Notes under the pieces: generated by a model
Databases searched by the model: none
What the model was told of the DNA's origin: nothing
Seen by the model: only the letters and a program-made list of their open reading frames with translations
Position numbers and translations under genes: made by a program
In this document: one piece after another, positions 1-8,520 of the stretch
How the letters are laid out: each line of letters opens with the position of its first letter
Numbering within the stretch: position 1 is the stretch's first letter
NCBI GenBank assembly: GCA_017935825.1
Contig: JAGBGW010000019.1
Coordinates: forward strand, 1-26,273
DNA: 26,273 nucleotides
DNA from: Clostridia bacterium
GTDB taxonomy: Bacteria > Bacillota > Clostridia > Christensenellales > Maliibacteriaceae
Direction: 5' to 3'

Positions 1-245
1 CCGCTTGCCTCTTTGACCATAAACTCACCAAGCTTGGTGTGTGCGGTATGAAGGCCGGGGGTGTCGATCAAAACCATCTGATACCCCTCACGGGTGACAA
101 CACCGCGAAGGTTGGTGCGTGTGGTCTGTGCCTTGGGCGACACGATGGATACTTTTTCGCCGACCAGCGCATTGACAAGCGTGGATTTACCCACGTTGGA
201 GCGACCGCACAGCGTTACAAAACCGGAACGATAAACGTTTTCCAT
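1..245 (-). CDS. era: GTPase Era (N-terminal part; runs off the window start)
   Basis: Not in the ORF track; translated by hand: [43 protein letters not shown]...LIDTPGLH. G1 (GxxNxGKS), G2 (QTTR) and G3 (DTPG) are present. AGGAG RBS upstream; lies downstream of ybeY. Confidence 0.95.
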   Translation of the reverse strand, partial: MENVYRSGFVTLCGRSNVGKSTLVNALVGEKVSIVSPKAQTTRTNLRGVVTREGYQMVLIDTPGLHTAHTKLGEFMVKEAS

Positions 246-269
246 GAAATACTCCTGATTCTAACGAAA

Positions 270-713
270 TTATTCTCTTGGAAGACCGATGGCAGTCATG
301 GCCTTCTCTTCTTTTTCACGCATGACGGCACGTTCTTCCTCCGTCATATGGTCATACCCCACAAGGTGCAGTGCGCTGTGGGCGCAAAGGTACGCAGTTT
401 CGCGCAGGATGCCGTGACCAAACTCCTCGCCCTGATCCTTTGCGCGCACCATGTACACCGCCATATCACCGATATGGGGACGGCGGCCTTCCGTCTCGTT
501 GGGGAAGGAAAGTACGTCCGTGGGTGCATCGACATTTCTGAAATCACGGTTGAGGGTATGGATGGTCTGTTCATCACAGAGCAGAACGCTCACATCACCA
601 CGGGTAAAACCTTCTTCTTTCAGTGCCGCGCGGATGCCTTTTTTAATATAACCTTTCAGCTGACGTGTGATTTCAACGTCATCCTGCTGATTTTGGATCT
701 GAATACGGATCAA
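270..713 (-). CDS. ybeY: rRNA maturation endoribonuclease YbeY
   Basis: HSALHLVGYDH metal-binding motif, plus LNRDFR and DVLSFP. Start reassigned to TTG at 713 because AGGAGG lies just upstream; the ORF track start at 773 overlaps the previous gene. Confidence 0.93.
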   Translation of the reverse strand: MIRIQIQNQQDDVEITRQLKGYIKKGIRAALKEEGFTRGDVSVLLCDEQTIHTLNRDFRNVDAPTDVLSFPNETEGRRPHIGDMAVYMVRAKDQGEEFGHGILRETAYLCAHSALHLVGYDHMTEEERAVMREKEEKAMTAIGLPRE

Positions 714-717
714 ATTG

Positions 718-3087
718 TTATTCCTCCTGCAATTCCTGCGGGATCTGGACGTTTTGCATCGGCTGCTGTACAAGTGCCTGCACGGGCTGTACGGGGATCT
801 GTGCCGTTACGGAAGGTGCCGACGGGCTCTTGGGCAGATCGGGATACTCGATGCGCTCGTGATAAGTGCTGGACAAAGTCTTGATGAAGGACTCGATCAG
901 AATGCCCAGATCGCGAAGCGTCAGAGGCGAAGCGTCCAGCTGACCGTCCGCAAGTTTGCCCCGAACCAGCTTTTCAACCAGTTCGCGAATTGCCTCGGGG
1001 GTGTGCTCACGAAGCGTGCGGCTTGCTGCCTCAATGGTATCTGCAAGCATGATGACCGCCTCCTCCTTGGTCTCGGGACGAGGACCGGGATAGCGGAACG
1101 ATGCCTCATTGACGGGCGGCAGGCCCTGTTCCTGGGCAAGCTTGCTGGCCTTGCCGTAGAAGAAGGCGGCCAACGTATCGCCATGGTGGGAACGGATCAC
1201 GTTCTGGATGGGTCTTGGAATACGATAGCGCTTTGCAATCGCCACACCGTCGGTGACATGGCTTCGCAGAATCATCGCGGAAAGGTCAGGTGAGATATGA
1301 TCATGGGGATTGCCCGGACCCACCTGATTTTCCTTAAAGAACACGGGGCGCTTCATCTTGCCCACATCGTGGTAGTAGGCAGCGGTTCGTGCAAACAGCC
1401 CGTCCGCACCGATGGCATCGGCAGCCTGCTCTGCCAGATTGGCAACGACGATGCTGTGATGATAGGTGCCCGATGCTTCCATCAAAAGTTTTTTAAGCAA
1501 AGGCTGATTGGGGTTGGAAAGCTCCATCAGCTTCATGGGGGTCAGCAGGCCAAACAGATTTTCCCAGAAGGGCATGACACCCAGGCACAGCATGCCCGAA
1601 AGCACACCCGAGCCGATGCCGTATGCAATGCAGGGCAGGTAATTGCCCGTGGACTGACTGCGCGCCACAAGGAAGTAGATGCCTGCAGTGACCACGCCGC
1701 CCAGCGCACCGGACACGAGCATGGTGCCGCGCTGGATCTGCTTATGTCCGCTTCGAAGAATGAAGACGCTGACGCAGCCGCCGATCGCGGTAGCAAGGGT
1801 GACATTGAGCGTATTGGCATTGACGATCTGTCCACCTTCGCCTGCCATCATACCCACAAGGAAGGATGCGGCGATGGCAACGGCAAGGCCGATGCGCTCA
1901 CGCAATGCCACCGTCACCACAATGCCGCAGGCGGCAACGGGTGCAAGGCGGATATCCGCCAGCTGGCACAGGTAGGATACGATCATCACCACGCAGAACT
2001 GAGCACAGATCATCCAAAGATGCTCTCTGTCCTTCAAAAGCGTGCGGTGGAATTGTACGATATAAATTGCAAGAAGACCGTAAGTCAGCACCACAAAGCC
2101 GATGGTGGAAAGATACAGCGACCAATCCAGCCGATCGCTTCGAAGAAGATTCAGGCTCTTCAAAACTTCGTACTGTGCTTCGGTGATGCGCTTACCCTCT
2201 TCAACGATGATCTCGCCCGATTTGAAGGTGACAGGGGTCACCGACTCAATGGCGCGCTGACGTGCAGCTTCCAAAGCTTCGGTATCAAGCAGAAGGTTTG
2301 CCTTCACATATTGGCGAACCGCGCAAAGTGCAAGGGCGCGAAGGTCGTCATTCAAAGAAGGAAGACTTGCTGTGAAGTCGGCCATGATAGTGTCATAGGC
2401 AGAAGAAAGCAAACTTTCCTTGACACCTGTTTTCATGGTTGCTTCCACGCAGGAAGTAAGGATTCTGCAGTAGACTTCCAGATCCTCATTGGAAAGATCA
2501 AGAATGCAGCGCACCTGCTGCGTGGTGGTACCTGCAGGCAGCATGCGCGCAAGGCTCTGCAGGAAGGAATCCTCATAAACAAATTCTGCCGTGTCCACGG
2601 TAAAATCTGCCGCCGTCACATCGGAATCGGGATTTCGTTCAAGTTCCGCAGCGACCAGCTTGTTCAGTTCCTGCTGGCGCCAGCGCTCCACCTCATCGGC
2701 GGCCGTTTCGCGGACCATGCGACAGGATTCCGCAAAGGCATCCATTCCGCTCATGGTGTCAACCATTGCCTGCTCGTCCTCGGTATAGCGCACGTCAACC
2801 GCTGCCACAGCTTCATCGATCAGCTTCTGTGTGGAAACCGTATCTTCAATTTCACGGGTGGCCTTGATGGTTTCAGGTGCAACATCGTCCATCTGCAGGT
2901 CGTAGCGCTTGGGCTGTACGCTCATCAAGATCAGTACAATGGACACAATGATCGCCACTGCCGCAGGGGTAAGCAGCTTCCAGTCCCATTCCTTATTCTG
3001 ACCCATCAGCGTGCGCCGAATGATCTGCATGCGCAGCTTTAACTGTTTTAAAAACTTGCCAAGCGACTTAGTCTGTTCTTGTTTCAT
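718..3087 (-). CDS. pgpH: 7TM-HD membrane phosphohydrolase (PgpH/YqfF family, probable c-di-AMP phosphodiesterase)
   Basis: Large extracellular domain, multiple TM helices, then an HD domain (GTYHHS, YYHDVGK, SHHG, MLADTIEAA). Conserved position between phoH and ybeY. Start MKQEQ at 3087 overlaps the phoH end. Confidence 0.85.
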   Translation of the reverse strand: MKQEQTKSLGKFLKQLKLRMQIIRRTLMGQNKEWDWKLLTPAAVAIIVSIVLILMSVQPKRYDLQMDDVAPETIKATREIEDTVSTQKLIDEAVAAVDVRYTEDEQAMVDTMSGMDAFAESCRMVRETAADEVERWRQQELNKLVAAELERNPDSDVTAADFTVDTAEFVYEDSFLQSLARMLPAGTTTQQVRCILDLSNEDLEVYCRILTSCVEATMKTGVKESLLSSAYDTIMADFTASLPSLNDDLRALALCAVRQYVKANLLLDTEALEAARQRAIESVTPVTFKSGEIIVEEGKRITEAQYEVLKSLNLLRSDRLDWSLYLSTIGFVVLTYGLLAIYIVQFHRTLLKDREHLWMICAQFCVVMIVSYLCQLADIRLAPVAACGIVVTVALRERIGLAVAIAASFLVGMMAGEGGQIVNANTLNVTLATAIGGCVSVFILRSGHKQIQRGTMLVSGALGGVVTAGIYFLVARSQSTGNYLPCIAYGIGSGVLSGMLCLGVMPFWENLFGLLTPMKLMELSNPNQPLLKKLLMEASGTYHHSIVVANLAEQAADAIGADGLFARTAAYYHDVGKMKRPVFFKENQVGPGNPHDHISPDLSAMILRSHVTDGVAIAKRYRIPRPIQNVIRSHHGDTLAAFFYGKASKLAQEQGLPPVNEASFRYPGPRPETKEEAVIMLADTIEAASRTLREHTPEAIRELVEKLVRGKLADGQLDASPLTLRDLGILIESFIKTLSSTYHERIEYPDLPKSPSAPSVTAQIPVQPVQALVQQPMQNVQIPQELQEE

Positions 3088-4078
3088 TGTATCTGCGTCG
3101 CTCCTCTCTACGTTTCTCATGTCGATCATATGCCTGAATGATCGACTGGACAAGTTCATGACGGACAACGTCCTTGTGGGTCAGTTCCACGATGGAGATG
3201 TTGTCCACGCCGCGAAGCACGCGGCAGGCTTCCACAAGACCCGAGGGTTTGCCGTCAGGAAGGTCGATTTGGGTGATGTCGCCTGTTACGATCATGCGGG
3301 AACCAAAGCCCAGACGGGTCAGGAACATCTTCATCTGTTCGCGGGAGGTGTTCTGTCCTTCGTCAAGAATGATGAAAGCTTCGTTCAAGGTTCTGCCGCG
3401 CATGTAGGCAAGGGGCGCAACCTCGATGACACCGCGCTCGAACAAATTCTGGTAAGTTTCCATACCCAGCATGTCGTACAGTGCATCATACAGTGGGCGA
3501 AGGTAGGGGTCTACCTTGCTTTGCAGGTCGCCGGGAAGGAAACCAAGCTTTTCGCCTGCTTCCACCGCGGGACGGGTCAGGATGATGCGGGAGACTTCCT
3601 TATTTTTGAATGCCTTGACAGCCATGGCAACTGCAAGGTAGGTTTTGCCCGTACCTGCAGGACCGATGCCAAGAACAACCGTATTTTTACGGATGGCGTC
3701 AATGTAACGCTTCTGACCAGCAGTGCGGCACTTGACGGGCTTTCCTTTGTAGGTGACGGCAACCACGTCCGCCATAGCTTCGCCCACGGATTCGCCCTTG
3801 CCTTCCTGCACAAGCTCTGCCACGTAGCGGATGCGGCCGCGGTCGATCTGCTCGCCGGATGCTGCAAGCTCAAGCAGCTTTTCAACGACAATGCGCGCAG
3901 GCTCCAGCTTGTCCTCCGCTGCGCAAAGCAGGATCTCCCCTTCGCGCGTGACCATCTGTACGTCCAACTCTTCACAGATGATCTTTGCATTTTCGTCGTA
4001 ATTGCCAAAAAGCATACGAAGCTGATCCATGGATTCAACTTCAATGCGTTCAACCTTCGTTTGCTGTACTTCGCTCAT
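3068..4078 (-). CDS. phoH: PhoH family ATPase
   Basis: GPAGTGKT Walker A, RPAVEAGEKLGFLPGDL, LAYMRGRTL, GDITQIDLP. ATG 4078 overlaps the yqfD stop (ATGA) and has an AGAGGTG RBS. Confidence 0.96.
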   Translation of the reverse strand: MSEVQQTKVERIEVESMDQLRMLFGNYDENAKIICEELDVQMVTREGEILLCAAEDKLEPARIVVEKLLELAASGEQIDRGRIRYVAELVQEGKGESVGEAMADVVAVTYKGKPVKCRTAGQKRYIDAIRKNTVVLGIGPAGTGKTYLAVAMAVKAFKNKEVSRIILTRPAVEAGEKLGFLPGDLQSKVDPYLRPLYDALYDMLGMETYQNLFERGVIEVAPLAYMRGRTLNEAFIILDEGQNTSREQMKMFLTRLGFGSRMIVTGDITQIDLPDGKPSGLVEACRVLRGVDNISIVELTHKDVVRHELVQSIIQAYDRHEKRREERRRYNETRTD

Positions 4079-5241
4079 TGTGCATGCACCTCTTGTGTTG
4101 TTGCAAGTAAAAGTTTTGCCGTCAGCGTACATCGGATTTCGATTGTATCGCCGCGGATAGAGTATTCATAATCAGTATCGATCAATTCTGCATCTTCATG
4201 CATTTGCCGCATGGTTTGCGCAAGTGCAGATTGCTGCGCACGGAAAATCAATGTTTGTGTATCCGCCTGCTGTAACCGCGTACGTGTAGTGGTTTCAATG
4301 TAAATAGGCATTTGCATATTCTGCATTGGCAAATACTGGCGCGATACCATTTGGTCAAATTGAATAAAATCTTCCTGAAAGCTTTGAAGCGGCAGTTCCA
4401 GTTTGCCAATGAAAAGACTTCGCGCAGTATCGGTCACCGTGTCTTTGATCAAAAGATCATCTTTTTTAAATGTAAAGGTATCCGTGTAAAAAACTTGCGC
4501 TTGTATAATACCCTGTGCCCGAACACTGCGAACAAAACCTTCGCGTCCCGCCTGCCCCAAAATCAGAATATCGCCTTTTTGTACGATATCGCCCGCCTGC
4601 ACACATGCCGTACCGCTTGTAACAGCGATAGAAATGATCTGCGCATCGCACATTGCCACAAGATCGTTTCTGTCGCCCGACATATCCGGCGGCACCGGGA
4701 TTTCATGGCGAAGCTGCGCGTCGATGCAAAGTGTCACACCAACATCGTAAACCTCGGCAAAGCTAAGCTGTGGCAGTTGCAAAAGCAAAAGATCCCGCAG
4801 TGCTGACGTATCCAGCGTATGTTTTGCAATGGGAACCTTCACCTCTGCATCCTGCAAAACAGAACAGACCTGTGTTTGTACGGCAACCGGCACACCTGAA
4901 AGATCCAGTTTCCACACAAATTGTCCAAAAACGGATGCTGACAGAAGGCTTACAGCCAGCATGCAGCACAATCCCATATGCCGCCTTGTCCATGCTTTAA
5001 AACGCAATGCACCGCAAAGTTCCACACAAAACTTTACCTTGGGACGCGTACTGCAAAACTCCTGCAGCAATTCGATCCCATTTGCCGCAGTACAAAATCG
5101 CACGCCGTTTTTGAGGCGAACTGCATTCCACAGGGGAATGTTCTTTTTTCGGAAGGATTCCAATATTCGTTCCATTGGACACCCCTCCACTGTAATGATA
5201 CCATATCCGTACAAAAATCTCCACATTTGAAGCCATTTCAT
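4075..5241 (-). CDS. yqfD: Sporulation protein YqfD (stage IV family), divergent
   Basis: 388 aa with one TM segment, DLVAMCDAQIISIAVTSGTACVQAGDIVQKGDILILG (YqfD-like) and VRAQGIIQA. Canonical position between yqfC and phoH. Confidence 0.8.
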   Translation of the reverse strand: MKWLQMWRFLYGYGIITVEGCPMERILESFRKKNIPLWNAVRLKNGVRFCTAANGIELLQEFCSTRPKVKFCVELCGALRFKAWTRRHMGLCCMLAVSLLSASVFGQFVWKLDLSGVPVAVQTQVCSVLQDAEVKVPIAKHTLDTSALRDLLLLQLPQLSFAEVYDVGVTLCIDAQLRHEIPVPPDMSGDRNDLVAMCDAQIISIAVTSGTACVQAGDIVQKGDILILGQAGREGFVRSVRAQGIIQAQVFYTDTFTFKKDDLLIKDTVTDTARSLFIGKLELPLQSFQEDFIQFDQMVSRQYLPMQNMQMPIYIETTTRTRLQQADTQTLIFRAQQSALAQTMRQMHEDAELIDTDYEYSIRGDTIEIRCTLTAKLLLATTQEVHAQ

Positions 5242-5253
5242 ACAAAAGCAACC

Positions 5254-5526
5254 TCACAATTCATCGGCAAGAAAACTGATTCGATCGATTTTACCGCAAA
5301 GGCATGTTTCTCCTGAATCGACAAAGGATACAACCAGATCCTCCCCGTCCACAAAAAGCCTGCCGCACATGGTTGCAAAAACCATACGTTCGCTTTGACA
5401 AAGGAGTAACCTCTGTCTACCCTGTAAAAGCAAGGTCTGCCGTGCAATCAGCGTAATACGCGGCAGGTCGCCTGCTGCATCTGCAGGAATATCAAAAAAT
5501 TGATTGAATCGCGTCATCATCGCCAT
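5254..5526 (-). CDS. yqfC: Sporulation protein YqfC/YabP family
   Basis: 90 aa; D(I)PAD...DLPRITL N-terminus and GKIDRISF C-terminus. AGGAGG RBS before ATG 5526; directly upstream of yqfD. Confidence 0.75.
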   Translation of the reverse strand: MAMMTRFNQFFDIPADAAGDLPRITLIARQTLLLQGRQRLLLCQSERMVFATMCGRLFVDGEDLVVSFVDSGETCLCGKIDRISFLADEL

Positions 5527-5546
5527 GCAAATCGCCTCCTTTTGGC

Positions 5547-5576
5547 AGTTTATGCGCACATGGCTTGGACGAATTC
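5547..5576 (-). promoter_or_regulatory. Possible sigma-E-type promoter for yqfCD
   Basis: GAATTCG-N15-CATAAACT. The -10 fits the sigma-E CATAcAnT pattern but the -35 is weak. It lies just after the rpsU terminator, and yqfCD is sigma-E-dependent in Bacillus subtilis. Confidence 0.35.
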
Positions 5577-5594
5577 TTCCTGATTTTTTGCATG

Positions 5595-5627
5595 AAAAAA
5601 GACACTGAAAGAATTTTCAGTGTCTTT
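5595..5627 (-). terminator. Intrinsic terminator of rpsU
   Basis: 13-bp perfect stem AAAGACACTGAAA/TTTCAGTGTCTTT (5598-5610/5615-5627) ending in a U run on the minus strand, 11 nt after the rpsU stop. Confidence 0.88.
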
Positions 5628-5638
5628 GTTTCATCTGA

Positions 5639-5812
5639 TTAATACTTGCGCTTACGTGCAGCTTCAGCCTTCTTCTTACGCTTTACGCTGGGCTTCTCAT
5701 AATGCTCTCTGCGGCGGATTTCAGCCATAACGCCAGCACGAGCACACTTACGCTTAAAACGTTTAAGGGCGCTTTCCAAAGATTCGTTTTCACCCACTCG
5801 GATTTCCGACAT
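5639..5812 (-). CDS. rpsU: 30S ribosomal protein S21 (57 aa)
   Basis: Below the ORF-track cutoff; translated by hand: [68 protein letters not shown]. Confidence 0.97.
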   Translation of the reverse strand: MSEIRVGENESLESALKRFKRKCARAGVMAEIRRREHYEKPSVKRKKKAEAARKRKY

Positions 5813-5892
5813 GTCCGTTACACCCCCTTACACGTGTTACTCCAAAATTGTCTCATTGAGACGTTCGTGCGACGAATTTCGCGCACTTACAC

Positions 5893-5921
5893 ATTATAAG
5901 ACTTCTGTCAGTTTGTGTCAA
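5893..5921 (-). promoter_or_regulatory. Sigma-A promoter of rpsU
   Basis: Perfect TTGACA (5921-5916), 17 bp spacer, TATAAT (5898-5893). Confidence 0.9.
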
Positions 5922-5948
5922 TATAATTTTTTCGAGCAAATAGCAAAC

Positions 5949-5981
5949 TTATGCCATCTGTTCGGTCATCTGCTTGCCGCC
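5949..5981 (-). repeat. Second copy of the last 33 bp of the HIT gene (other copy 6110-6142)
   Basis: GGCGGCAAGCAGATGACCGAACAGATGGCATAA versus the gene end GGCGGCAAGCAGATGACTGAACAAATGGCTTAA: 30/33 identical, and both read GGKQMTEQMA*. Confidence 0.95.
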
Positions 5982-6109
5982 TCGTCCTCGCGGACTTCAT
6001 ATCACTCACCGCTTCGCAAGCTCACCGTTTCATTCATTTCGTCGCTCGTCCTCTTCGCAAAATTCCTTACGGCTTTTTGCGAGTTTTTCAAACGGCAAAA
6101 CATCAACGA
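5982..6109 (-). mobile_element. 128-bp structured insertion (MITE/REP-like or integrative-element scar) between the two HIT-end copies
   Basis: Bounded by the 33-bp direct repeat. Internal hairpins TCGCAAAA..CCGTAAGG..TTTTGCGA and GTCC-GCGA-GGAC; no credible CDS. The mobile origin is inferred. Confidence 0.5.
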
Positions 6110-6451
6110 TTAAGCCATTTGTTCAGTCATCTGCTTGCCGCCAAGGACGTGCAGATGCAGGTGCAGAACGCTCTGTGCACCGTCGCGGCCGGTGTTGACG
6201 ATGAGGCGATAGCCGCTTTCTGCGATACCGACTTTTTCAGCCATGATGGCTGCAACGCGCATCATGTGACCCAGCAGAGCCTGGTCTTCATCGGTGGTGG
6301 CAGCAACGGATTCCACATGCTTTTTGGGCAGTACCAGCATGTGCACGGGTGCCTGGGGATTGATGTCGTTGATGACGACTACCTGATCGTCTTCGTAAAT
6401 ATGGGGGGACGGAATTTCGCCCGAGATGATTTTGCAGAAAATGCAGTCCAT
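6110..6451 (-). CDS. hinT: Histidine triad (HIT) nucleotide-binding protein
   Basis: MDCIFCKI start, DINPQAPVHMLVLPKKH, HLHLHVLGG triad. AAGGAG RBS. Confidence 0.95.
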   Translation of the reverse strand: MDCIFCKIISGEIPSPHIYEDDQVVVINDINPQAPVHMLVLPKKHVESVAATTDEDQALLGHMMRVAAIMAEKVGIAESGYRLIVNTGRDGAQSVLHLHLHVLGGKQMTEQMA

Positions 6452-6475
6452 GTTAAAAATCTCCTTTTTGTTTTA

Positions 6476-7768
6476 TCAAAGCACTTGTGCGTGCATTATG
6501 TCATCTTGCAAAGTAAGCTTGCAGGATACAAGACGGTCAAAGGGCTGAGGGGTGTCACAGACGACCTCAATGTCCTCCCCCGTTCTACCAATATATACAC
6601 CGTCACGTTCACGCTCAAAAAGAACGTCCTGCACGGTGCCGTCGAATTGCTCGATATAGGCTTTCTTCAATTCCTCACCCACGGCGATCAGCTGCGCCGC
6701 ACGCGCCTGTTTTTTCTGCGTGGAAAGCTGACCTTCCATCACAGCGGCAGGGGTACCCTCACGGGGAGAGTAGGGAAAAACATGAAGATGGGAAAAACCG
6801 ATCCGACGTACAAACTCGATGGTCTCCTTTGCCTCATCCTCCGTCTCGCCGGGGAAACCTGCGATCATGTCAGTGGAGATGGCGGCATCGGGCCAATACT
6901 TTCGAAGGATGTCGATATGACGGGCATACCCTTCCTTTGTATAACTGCGCTTCATGCGGCGAAGCACGGTCTCACTGCCCGACTGCAGTGCCACGTGCAT
7001 CTGATGGGCAAATTTATCCAGTTTTGCCACGCGAGCCATGAATTCTTCGCTCAGCACACTGGGTTCCAAAGAACCCATGCGGATGCGGTGCACACCTTCG
7101 ATGGCATTGAGCTGTTCCAAAAGCTCTGCCAGCATTTGTCCCGGATACGCCTGACGGCCAAGGTCGCGGCCGTAGCTTGTCAGGTGAATGCCCGTCAGCA
7201 CGATTTCAGGTACGCCATGTGCGGCAAGACGCTTTGCTTCCTCCACACAATCCTCCAACGCACGGCTTCTGATGGGACCGCGGACGTAAGGGATAATACA
7301 ATAGGAACAAAAACGGTCGCAGCCTTCCTGAATTTTCAGTGCAACACGGGTTCTGCCGTGCATCTGACCGATGGCAAGGGGCTCAAAAACGGTATCCAGT
7401 TCTTCAACCGCACTTTTCTTCATACCTGCAAGAGCTTCTTCCACCAGCTGGCCTGCCATGGCACGGTTGGAAGAACCGATGACAAGACCCACGCCGGGGA
7501 TTTCCAGCAGTGCCTCGCCTTCGCGCTGTGCAAGACATCCTGCGGCGACAATCAGTGCATCGGGATTCTTGCGATGGGCGCGGTTGATCATCTGGCGGGA
7601 TTTTTTATCGCTGGTGCCGGTAACGGTGCAGGTGGCGATGAGGTAGACGTCCGCCTTCTGAGAAAACTCCACCTGTTCATAGCCCAAAGAAAGCAGCTGT
7701 TCGCGCATGGCTTCTGCATCGTACTGGTTGACACGGCAGCCAAGTGCGCATACGGCAAATGTTCTCAT
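6476..7768 (-). CDS. mtaB: tRNA t6A37 methylthiotransferase MtaB
   Basis: LGCRVNQYD, TCTVT and GCLAQ N-terminal cysteines; radical SAM CDRFCSYC; position after rsmE. Confidence 0.9.
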   Translation of the reverse strand: MRTFAVCALGCRVNQYDAEAMREQLLSLGYEQVEFSQKADVYLIATCTVTGTSDKKSRQMINRAHRKNPDALIVAAGCLAQREGEALLEIPGVGLVIGSSNRAMAGQLVEEALAGMKKSAVEELDTVFEPLAIGQMHGRTRVALKIQEGCDRFCSYCIIPYVRGPIRSRALEDCVEEAKRLAAHGVPEIVLTGIHLTSYGRDLGRQAYPGQMLAELLEQLNAIEGVHRIRMGSLEPSVLSEEFMARVAKLDKFAHQMHVALQSGSETVLRRMKRSYTKEGYARHIDILRKYWPDAAISTDMIAGFPGETEDEAKETIEFVRRIGFSHLHVFPYSPREGTPAAVMEGQLSTQKKQARAAQLIAVGEELKKAYIEQFDGTVQDVLFERERDGVYIGRTGEDIEVVCDTPQPFDRLVSCKLTLQDDIMHAQVL

Positions 7769-8517
7769 ACTTCCTCCTTCCGCGCATCCATGCCGCCGCG
7801 GACAAACTGTGCAACGGAAAGAAGTGCAATCGGCGCAGTTTCACAGCGCATGATGCGGCTGCCAAGGGAAATGCTTACAGCACCGCTTGCGCAGAATGCT
7901 TCCACTTCCCGTTCTTCAATGCCGCCCTCGGGGCCCACGATCAGACCAAGGGGGGCGTCGGTGGGCACGGATGCAAGACCGTCTGCAATGGAACAGTTTT
8001 TCTCAAGTTCATATGCTACAAGCGTATGCATACCCTCAATGTCAGCACATACTTGTGCCACACTCATGGGACGGGTCACTTCGGGCAGGAAGAGTCTTCC
8101 GCTTTGCATGGCGGCTTCCCGTGCGATCTTATTCCAGCGGGTGCACTTTTTCTCTTCATCTTTTGCGGTGATCTTGACCACACTGCGCGCAAAGGCAACG
8201 GGCACGATGCGCGATGCGCCAAGTTCCACAGCCTTCTGCACCACAAAGTCAAACTTATCACCTTTGGCAAGACCCATGTAGAGGGTGATGTTTCCGCCTG
8301 CTTCCTGCGCAGCGGAAGGACTTACCTCGCCGCAGCGGATGCAGAAACCGTCCTTGGTATCGATGGTACCCATGGCGGTTGCGCCCGTGGGGTCCACCAG
8401 AGCCAAAGTCTCGCCGTCCTTCATCCGAAGGACGTTTTTGACGTGATGCAGGTCGTCGGAACTGACCACCGCACGTTCCCCCATCACAAGGGGCGCGTCA
8501 CAAAAAAGTCGATGCAT
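7765..8517 (-). CDS. rsmE: 16S rRNA m3U1498 methyltransferase RsmE
   Basis: HVKNVLRM, KGDKFDFVVQKAVELG, EAAMQSGR, IVGPEGG, LGSRIMRCETA. Confidence 0.96.
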   Translation of the reverse strand: MHRLFCDAPLVMGERAVVSSDDLHHVKNVLRMKDGETLALVDPTGATAMGTIDTKDGFCIRCGEVSPSAAQEAGGNITLYMGLAKGDKFDFVVQKAVELGASRIVPVAFARSVVKITAKDEEKKCTRWNKIAREAAMQSGRLFLPEVTRPMSVAQVCADIEGMHTLVAYELEKNCSIADGLASVPTDAPLGLIVGPEGGIEEREVEAFCASGAVSISLGSRIMRCETAPIALLSVAQFVRGGMDARKEEV

Positions 8518-8520
8518 AGT

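Noticed and set aside
1297-3042. 581-aa plus-strand ORF, and similar long ORFs at 3011-4171, 7744-9444, 10471-11877, 12103-13041, 13246-14511, 18099-20009 and 20037-21371
   Set aside because: All lie antisense to well-supported genes and lack family motifs or a clear RBS.
5911-6000. 30-codon minus-strand ORF MKSARTRRQADD... crossing the distal repeat
   Set aside because: It runs into the rpsU -35 box, is out of frame with the duplicated codons, and has no homology cue.
5980-6002. ATGAA-GTCC-GCGA-GGAC-GAGG (minus strand) resembles hammerhead stem II
   Set aside because: The catalytic core CUGAUGA and GAAA is not present.
5949-6142. HIT-end repeat as a DGR template/variable repeat pair
   Set aside because: The differences are not adenine-specific on either strand, the repeat is only 33 bp, and no reverse transcriptase is present.
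5951-8281. 776-aa plus-strand ORF spanning hinT, mtaB and part of rsmE
   Set aside because: It is in codon register with hinT and mtaB on the opposite strand and has no recognisable motifs. This is an antisense shadow of biased codon usage.
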